Source: a virus
Taxonomy: Duplodnaviria; Caudoviricetes
Strand: one strand, 5' to 3'
IMG/VR virus record: IMGVR_UViG_3300044976_000013
Location: 1 to 31,670 of that record
Length of the DNA stretch: 31,670 nucleotides
The notes beneath the pieces were generated by a model. It worked only from the letters and a program-made list of their open reading frames with translations. It made no database searches and was not told the origin of the DNA. The translations under genes and the position numbers were made by a program. Positions 26,290-31,670 of this stretch are shown here, one piece after another. Each line of letters begins with the position of its first letter. Position 1 is the first letter of the stretch.

Positions 26290-26472
26290 CTACTTCGCCT
26301 TCTTCTGCATCAGGCGGCGGTACGCGGCCGACCCCACGTCCCCGAGGTTGGGGATGGGCGGCGCGTTGGTGCTCGTCTGGTGCTTGCCGTGGTAGACGCC
26401 GCGACGCTTCAGGTCAGCGGCGGCCTCCTGCGACTTCGTGCGGCGCGTGCCGCGCTTGTCGGATGCCGACAT
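26290..26472 (-). CDS. Small basic protein (60 aa) embedded in the tRNA array
   Basis: RBS GAAAGGAG, GC3-biased codons, Arg/Lys-rich. Confidence 0.72.
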   Translation of the reverse strand: MSASDKRGTRRTKSQEAAADLKRRGVYHGKHQTSTNAPPIPNLGDVGSAAYRRLMQKKAK

Positions 26473-26537
26473 GAGTGCTCCTTTCGGAGCCCATCTTCAG
26501 GCCCCTATAGGGTTCCACTCATGTCATTCTCCTTTCG
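26468..26537 (-). promoter_or_regulatory. Structured leader with uORF (MSGTL*) sequestering the start of the 60-aa gene
   Basis: 10-bp inverted repeat GACATGAGTG/CACTCATGTC; duplicated CGAAAGGAG RBS. Confidence 0.55.
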
Positions 26538-26611
26538 TGGGGTGACGCACGGGAGTCCAACCCGTGACTGCCGGGACACAACCGGCCGCGTTAGCGTTAC
26601 GCCAGCGTCAC
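26538..26611 (-). tRNA. tRNA-His(GTG)
   Basis: GCCGG-UUGUGUC-CCGGC, C73 and encoded CCA. D-loop GC and T-loop UUGGACU form a compensatory swap. Confidence 0.82.
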
Positions 26612-26613
26612 AC

Positions 26614-26670
26614 TGGTTGGAGCGGCTGCGGCGGTTCCATCCCCTATCGTGCAGGGCGATGCCGCTCCAA
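26614..26670 (-). ncRNA. tRNA-like mini-RNA ending in CCA
   Basis: 10-bp terminal stem UUGGAGCGGC/GCCGCUCCAA followed by CCA, spaced like the flanking tRNAs. Confidence 0.45.
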
Positions 26671-26671
26671 G

Positions 26672-26742
26672 TCGGGTAGGGAGGAATCGAACCTCCGTCA
26701 CGTGAGTCCGAGTCACGCAGCTTACCATTGGCACACCACCCG
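26672..26742 (-). tRNA. tRNA-Pro(CGG)
   Basis: C1-G72 and A73; CGUGA-CUCGGAC-UCACG. Confidence 0.85.
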
Positions 26743-26743
26743 G

Positions 26744-26818
26744 TGGTAGTCCGTACGGGATTCGAACCCGTTCCGCCCAGTTTGAGGGACTGGCGACCTT
26801 CCTGTAGTCTAACGGACC
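26744..26818 (-). tRNA. tRNA-Glu(CTC)
   Basis: CCAGU-CCCUCAA-ACUGG (C33); encoded CCA. Confidence 0.82.
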
Positions 26819-26819
26819 A

Positions 26820-26895
26820 TGGCTCCAGCTCCTGGATTCGGACCAGGCTCTCGCGGGTAACAGCCGCGCGTCTCCGCCAAGTTGACCTAGCTGGA
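26820..26895 (-). tRNA. tRNA-Asn(GTT)
   Basis: UCC start, G73, encoded CCA; loop CUGUUAC. Confidence 0.87.
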
Positions 26896-26896
26896 A

Positions 26897-26967
26897 TGGC
26901 ATCGGGCCGAGGAGTCGAACCCCGTCTGGCAGGTTTGGAATCTGTTACGTTCCCCAACGTGCCCGAT
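26897..26967 (-). tRNA. tRNA-Trp(CCA)
   Basis: Loop UUCCAAA, G73, encoded CCA; atypical D-arm ACGUU-GGGG-AACGU. Confidence 0.82.
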
Positions 26968-27008
26968 ACGTCTTTCCCTATAACGCTAGGGATTGACGTT
27001 CTATTCCC

Positions 27009-28874
27009 CTAGCCGGGAGTGATGCTGAGGCCAGGCGGCGCGCCCGCGCGCTGCTGCGGCGCGACGGCGAGCTGAGCTGCCTGGTCCTGTGCCTGCTTCA
27101 TCGCGACCTCCTGGTCCGAGCGCACGACTGCGCGCACGTCCTCGTCGCGGAAGCCCATCTCGCGGGCCACGAACCGAATCAGCTCGCCCCGGTCCGTTTC
27201 CGGCAGGGGGAGCGCGAGGTTCATGAACTGCATGGCGCGCTGCACGCGCTGGTCACGCGTCAGGTTCTCCTTCGGCGTGATGGCGATGGAGATGTCGGCG
27301 TCGAGCGCGATGTCTTCCTTGTTCCACTTCCACTCGAACTCCTGTCCGAGGTCGTCGGTGAAGCGGAGCATGCGGTCCTGGTCGTAGAAGACCTGCATCA
27401 GCTGGAGCATCGTGCCCGCGATGGCGAGGTACCAGTCGGTCAGCGCGCCGCGCCGCTCGCTCTGGCGCTCCTCGCCCTTGCCGGTGACGATTTGGGTCTC
27501 CGTGGCCGTGGTGCGCTTCGACGGGAAGACGCCACGCATGGGCTCGTTGACCCCGGTGGCCTCCTTCATCTCCGCCTGCACCTGCTCGGGAATCTGGTAG
27601 CTTTCCTGCGGGAGCGACGGGAGCTGTACCTGGCCGATGCTGTCCTTGCCGTGTCCACCCGAGAGCGGAACGTACTCGCCCCACACGTTGGACTTGAACT
27701 TCTCCTTGCCGTCGGAGTCGAGCGCGTCGCTCGGGCCGAAGAACTTGGGGATGGTGCGCGTCACGAAGGTGGCCTGGTTCGACCGATACTCGTCCAGCTC
27801 CTTCAGCCCAGGGTAGATGACTCGCATGTCCCCCAGCCCCTCGAAGTTCTCCGGGTCATCCCGGACCACGAGCGGCTTGAAGGGGTTGCGGTCCTCCAGG
27901 TCGAGGTTGAACATCAGCGGGTTGATGCGCTGATGGAGCACCAGGTCGTCATGCTCCTTGGGGAACACGGTGACCAGGCCAGTCTCAAAGTCCCACAGCT
28001 CGACGACGGTGATGCGGGAGTCGTCCTCCTCCTCGTCCTCGCCGAAGTAGTTGAGCAGGTTCGCGTCGTAGTCGAGGCCGGTGGAGGCGTGCGAATCGGC
28101 GGCAAGGTCGTCCAGCATCTTCGGACCCTTGCGCGCGCCGTAGCGCTCGGCCGCGAACTCCCGCCAGGCGGGGTTGTTCTTGACCTCGGCCTCCGGGAGC
28201 GCCGTGTACTGCGCGACCCAGCGCACGTCTTCAATCTGGCGCGCGGTGGTGTCGTACCGGATGAGGTCCCACGGCACGTAGTCGATGCACACGCGGTCCC
28301 GCATGATGACGGTCACGCTCTCGACGGCCGTGATGTCGCCTGCCTCGACGGCGGCGGCCACCTGGTCGTCGGTGACGTTGGACATGTCGTCGCCGAAGTA
28401 GTCCAGAATCTGCGCTTCCAGCGCCGACTTGGGCACGTCGCGGAGGTCGGTGTCCTCCTTGTAGTCGTAGTACACCTTCACCCAGCCGACATCGGCGAGG
28501 AGCGCGTCCTTGATGGCGCGCTTGGCGCGCTTCTGGCCCTTCGTGTCGCTCCAGGCCTGGTTGAGGCCGCGCGTGGCGACCAGCGCCTGGTCTGCGGTGC
28601 CGTGACCGATGTTCTGGCAGATGAACTCCACGTCCACCGCCACCATGTTGGCGAACATCGTGTCCACGATGCCGACGCCGGTCGCCACCTGCACCACGTG
28701 GCCGTCGTCGGTCACCTGGTCGGCGTTGACTTCTCCCCGGTAGCGGGCGATGAAGCCGCGACGCTCCTCCTCGCCCTTCTCGAACTTTGTGTCGGCCATG
28801 CGAAGGCGGCGGTTGTACACCTTCAGCATCGTCTCCTCGTCCTTGTAGACGCGGAAGACTTCGTTGGCTGCCAT
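27009..28874 (-). CDS. Portal protein (podovirus/P22-like)
   Basis: 621 aa directly after the large terminase. Motifs DALLADVGWVKVYY, VVELWD and ATGVNEPMRG...TATE. Confidence 0.9.
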   Translation of the reverse strand: MAANEVFRVYKDEETMLKVYNRRLRMADTKFEKGEEERRGFIARYRGEVNADQVTDDGHVVQVATGVGIVDTMFANMVAVDVEFICQNIGHGTADQALVATRGLNQAWSDTKGQKRAKRAIKDALLADVGWVKVYYDYKEDTDLRDVPKSALEAQILDYFGDDMSNVTDDQVAAAVEAGDITAVESVTVIMRDRVCIDYVPWDLIRYDTTARQIEDVRWVAQYTALPEAEVKNNPAWREFAAERYGARKGPKMLDDLAADSHASTGLDYDANLLNYFGEDEEEDDSRITVVELWDFETGLVTVFPKEHDDLVLHQRINPLMFNLDLEDRNPFKPLVVRDDPENFEGLGDMRVIYPGLKELDEYRSNQATFVTRTIPKFFGPSDALDSDGKEKFKSNVWGEYVPLSGGHGKDSIGQVQLPSLPQESYQIPEQVQAEMKEATGVNEPMRGVFPSKRTTATETQIVTGKGEERQSERRGALTDWYLAIAGTMLQLMQVFYDQDRMLRFTDDLGQEFEWKWNKEDIALDADISIAITPKENLTRDQRVQRAMQFMNLALPLPETDRGELIRFVAREMGFRDEDVRAVVRSDQEVAMKQAQDQAAQLAVAPQQRAGAPPGLSITPG

Positions 28875-28877
28875 TCG

Positions 28878-30350
28878 CTAGCTCCTCGGGGTGATGGTCG
28901 GGGCGAACGTGACCTTCTTGCGCGCCTGCGGGCCGAGCCAGTTGCGGCCGGGCTTGCGGGTCAGCTGGTCGAACACGTAGCCGTATTCCTGCGGCTCGTA
29001 GTCCCGGTCGCCCTTCATCTCGTCCACGTCTCGTGGGTTGAAGGGGAGGAGCGCGGAGGCTCCGTAACGCACTGCATCCACAAGGTGGCTGGTCCAATCG
29101 TGAACGGGCGTCTCTCCGGTGCGGACCCCGTTCTTGTCCAGCTTCCACTTGTGGGAGGAGAAGGCATCGCTGACACGCTTGGCTCCTTCGCTGTTCACGA
29201 AGACGCGCTCGGCGGCCATCATGTTGGAGAGGATGCGGATGGCGTAGTCCTGCGGGCGCTTCGCGACACCGGACACCGGCACACCGGCCGTGTTCAGGTC
29301 GGTGATGACACTCGTGCCCGTGCTCGGGTTCCTCTGGAGACCGGCGGGGTCGCCGTAGTCGCCGCGCGTGCGGATGTCGCCGCCCGCGACCTCCTGGCGC
29401 GTCAGGTGGTAGTGCTCGGCCCAGTGGCGGGCCGTCCAGTCCTTGTGCTCGGCGCTGTTCAGGATGTAGAAGTACGGCAGCTTCACCGCGCGACCCGGGG
29501 ACAGCTCGGTCGTGCGCCACTCCACCTGCGCGAACACGCACGTGCCGGGGTCTCCGATGCCGAAGTCCCACATGCTGTACAGCGGCAGGTTCGGCTGGTA
29601 CTCCAGCGGGATGCAGAAGCGGTCCGGGTCCCACTCGGGGAACACGCCGCCTTCCACCAGACCGACGAAGCGGCCGAGGACTTCCTGCTCGTACCAGCGC
29701 CCGGAGTAGGACGCCTCCATCATGTCGAGGTAGTCGTCGTCCAGGAACTTGTTCTCGCGCATCGGCGCGTTGTACCAGTGCGCCTCGTTCGGCGTGCCGT
29801 CGGCGTACTCGGCCTGGTGGACCGAGCCGTCGGGGTGGAACACGTCGTACATCCAGTCGAAGCCGTTCGGGGTGGACGCCACGCATGCCATCCGCTTGTA
29901 GCCGGGCTGGCGGAGGCGGCCGGTGATGAGCTTCCAGTCGCTCAGCGAGACGTTGCGGCCCTCGTCGATGAAGGCCCAGGTGTACTCCGGTCCTCGGATG
30001 ATGTTGTCCGGCCGGTCAAGCGAGCGGAGTCGGATGATGGCCCCATTCTTCAGGGTCAGCTCCTTCTCGGACTTCTTGTAGTCCTTCTCCCAGTTGGCGA
30101 GCCCCGTGAGGTACATGACCTCCTGGAGCTTCGGGATGATGATGTCCCGGAGGGCCGGATACGAGACAGCCGCGATGAGCCCATGGGGGGCATGGTACAC
30201 ACCCGCAGGCTTCGGCTGGAGCGCGTACTTCAAACCCCTCGCGATACCGGCCCATGTCTTGCCGCTCCCGAGCCCTCCGATGTAGGCGGAGAACTTCTCC
30301 TCACCCTGGACGAACGCTTCCTGCGCTCCCTCGTTCAGCTGGAGCTTCAA
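28878..30350 (-). CDS. terL: Terminase large subunit
   Basis: Walker A GGLGSGKT, Walker B WAFIDEG, coupling motif ASTP, nuclease motifs WDFGIGD and HLVDAVRY. Confidence 0.96.
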   Translation of the reverse strand: MKLQLNEGAQEAFVQGEEKFSAYIGGLGSGKTWAGIARGLKYALQPKPAGVYHAPHGLIAAVSYPALRDIIIPKLQEVMYLTGLANWEKDYKKSEKELTLKNGAIIRLRSLDRPDNIIRGPEYTWAFIDEGRNVSLSDWKLITGRLRQPGYKRMACVASTPNGFDWMYDVFHPDGSVHQAEYADGTPNEAHWYNAPMRENKFLDDDYLDMMEASYSGRWYEQEVLGRFVGLVEGGVFPEWDPDRFCIPLEYQPNLPLYSMWDFGIGDPGTCVFAQVEWRTTELSPGRAVKLPYFYILNSAEHKDWTARHWAEHYHLTRQEVAGGDIRTRGDYGDPAGLQRNPSTGTSVITDLNTAGVPVSGVAKRPQDYAIRILSNMMAAERVFVNSEGAKRVSDAFSSHKWKLDKNGVRTGETPVHDWTSHLVDAVRYGASALLPFNPRDVDEMKGDRDYEPQEYGYVFDQLTRKPGRNWLGPQARKKVTFAPTITPRS

Positions 30351-30651
30351 TGGGCACCCCCGTGTCTCGATGCTCCGCCTCCCAGAGCGTTGTCCGGCGG
30401 CGAACTTCCTCCGTGTGCGGCCACAGGTAGTCGGCCTTCTTCAGCGCGTCGCGGAGGGACTGCTCAACACGCCCTCCAGCCAGCTCGTTCAGCTGGGGCG
30501 TCTTCAGCACTGCCTCCAGGGACGCGATGAGCCATTCGAGAAGTTCTTCGGTGAGCGAGTGCGTTCCGATGAGCGCGCTGCTTGCGCGAGGGTCTGCGCC
30601 GGGTCCCCTGATAGGGGCGTCCTCCGGGTTCCGCTTGAACGGAAACGGCAC
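30301..30651 (-). CDS. Hypothetical protein between terS and terL
   Basis: GTG start at 30651 after RBS GGGAGGAG; overlaps terL by 50 nt. Confidence 0.62.
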   Translation of the reverse strand: MPFPFKRNPEDAPIRGPGADPRASSALIGTHSLTEELLEWLIASLEAVLKTPQLNELAGGRVEQSLRDALKKADYLWPHTEEVRRRTTLWEAEHRDTGVPIEAPAERGSAGSVRPG

Positions 30652-30664
30652 CGGGGCTCCTCCC

Positions 30665-31030
30665 TCACGACTCGAACAGTTCGTCCCCGGTCTGTGGAAC
30701 GGCCGGGCCGTCTTCCTCCTTGGGCTTGGCGGTCGCACTCGGGCGACCCAGGCCCCACTCCATGAGCTTCACGAGCGCGGTCACCCGCGTCTCGGGCTTC
30801 AGGCCGGGCACGAAGACCCGGCCATCGCCTTCACCCTCCCAGTGGGGGGCGAAGTCTCCTTGACCCAGAGCGGCCGCAACCAGCTCCTCGGTCACATCGT
30901 CCATGGCGCGCCCGATGCTGTCGCGGGCTCGCTCGGCCGGGGTCATCTCTGCCCGGCGGCGGCGGGCGGCGGCGGACGCGCGCCCAGCCTCGCGGGCCGA
31001 TTCAGCCGTGAACTGTCCTTCGTTCGTCAA
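30665..31030 (-). CDS. Putative terminase small subunit
   Basis: TTG start at 31030 after AAGGGGAGG. N-terminal FTAESAREAGRAS motif and C-terminal LMEWGLGRP; lies upstream of terL. Confidence 0.72.
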   Translation of the reverse strand: MTNEGQFTAESAREAGRASAAARRRRAEMTPAERARDSIGRAMDDVTEELVAAALGQGDFAPHWEGEGDGRVFVPGLKPETRVTALVKLMEWGLGRPSATAKPKEEDGPAVPQTGDELFES

Positions 31031-31109
31031 GCGTTGACCCTCCCCTTGGCTTCGCCGTTCAGCTTCGGTTGAGCGAAGCCGTTGAGGCGTTGAAATCGGC
31101 CAGAACGGC

Positions 31110-31600
31110 GCAGCTAGGGCGAGCTTACCGGCTCGCTTCGCTCGCCTTCTTGTTGGGCCTCTCAACAATCCCGGAAGCGTTCGGGTCTATCTCGTTTCCG
31201 CAGGTCAGAGACCTGCAAACTAGGTGTACACTGTAAGCCTGGGACCCCCCAGAACTTGGCTACCTGTGGGAGCCATTGGACCTAGGCCCTTCAGCTGGGG
31301 TGGGAGGTCCGTCCCGACTAGACCTCTTGCCTTCATGTGCGTGCGTTTGGCTTAGGCCTTTCGCCCACCTACCGACCAAAGACCTACGCCCCCTACCCCC
31401 ATGTGGCATGCGCACTAGAGCGGCCCCTCCATCCGTACTAGGCCCAACGCCTAGCCCTTTGGCCGATGTGTGCATATGCCATACGTGGTATCCTACTCCT
31501 GGCGGAGCTTCCACGCCAGAGGGCCTAGGACCTAAGACCTAGGACGAACGAGAGGAGTTGCCAGATGGCCTACTACGATAGGTCCAACGCACTAGTTCGA
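31110..31600. repeat. Divergent intergenic region with clustered CTAG/CCTA short repeats (candidate packaging or terminus region)
   Basis: Ten CTAG copies in about 480 bp, including ggcctaggacctaagacctagg; GC is lower than in the coding regions. Confidence 0.55.
31486..31494 (+). promoter_or_regulatory. Candidate extended -10 promoter for the divergent gene
   Basis: TG-G-TATCCT about 70 nt upstream of the ATG at 31565. Confidence 0.4.
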
Positions 31601-31670
31601 AGGGAGGATGCGCTCCTTAGGGCGAAAGTCCTACGCCATGAGACGAAGGACCTAATGCGTTCGCCAGATG
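31565..31670 (+). CDS. 5' end of a divergent gene (partial)
   Basis: RBS GAGAGGAG, then MAYYDRSNALVRREDALLRAKVLRHETKDLMRSPD, open to the window end. Confidence 0.55.
   Translation, partial: MAYYDRSNALVRREDALLRAKVLRHETKDLMRSPD

Noticed and set aside
26478-26515. Hammerhead ribozyme (CUGAAGA...GAAA on the minus strand)
   Set aside because: No credible stem II, stem III or NUH cleavage site.
25821-26670. tRNA-associated HDV-like (theta) ribozymes in the spacers
   Set aside because: No spacer gives the P1-P2-P3-P1'-P4-P2' nested order; only partial resemblance.
24680-26930. CRISPR-like periodic repeat (tcgaacc about every 75 nt)
   Set aside because: These are the T-loops of consecutive tRNAs.
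24674-26967. Suppressor, Sec or Pyl tRNAs and stop-codon recoding
   Set aside because: No CUA, UCA or UUA anticodon when loops are centred on their stems. TAA, TAG and TGA all end genes normally.
24604-27012. Short ORFs across the tRNA array and the N-terminal extension of the scaffold ORF
   Set aside because: They overlap tRNA cloverleafs. Only 26290-26472 and the MSGTL uORF have an RBS, and the scaffold starts at 24603.
27492-30530. 1012-aa plus-strand ORF
   Set aside because: Antisense to portal and terL, which carry clear motifs.
31260-31542. Overlapping ORFs 31260-31514(-) and 31276-31542(+)
   Set aside because: No GC3 bias or convincing RBS; they lie in the repeat-rich control region.

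Overview
This GC-rich window (roughly 68-70% GC by eye) is the late, virion-building arm of a tailed phage with podovirus-type architecture, probably infecting an Actinomycetota-like host (host is inferred). Almost all real genes are on the minus strand. In transcription order they are: small terminase, an unknown gene, large terminase, portal, a dense ~2.3 kb array of 23 tRNA genes covering all 20 amino acids, scaffold, major capsid protein, three paralogous decoration-like genes, collagen/Mtd-N fibre proteins, head-tail adaptor, minor tail proteins, nozzle, three internal (ejection) proteins including a 1919-aa polyvalent protein, and an M15 endolysin with small membrane proteins. The arm ends at a bidirectional terminator. 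The most unusual content is the tRNA array, whose members systematically break tRNA invariants (U8, U33, position 37/38, T-loop, D-arm, possible 8/4 folds) while keeping paired stems and identity elements. It is interleaved with tRNA-like mini-RNAs and a small basic gene whose start codon is sequestered by a uORF-controlled hairpin. No integrase, reverse transcriptase, CRISPR array or suppressor tRNA is visible. All calls were made by eye; no database searches were run.
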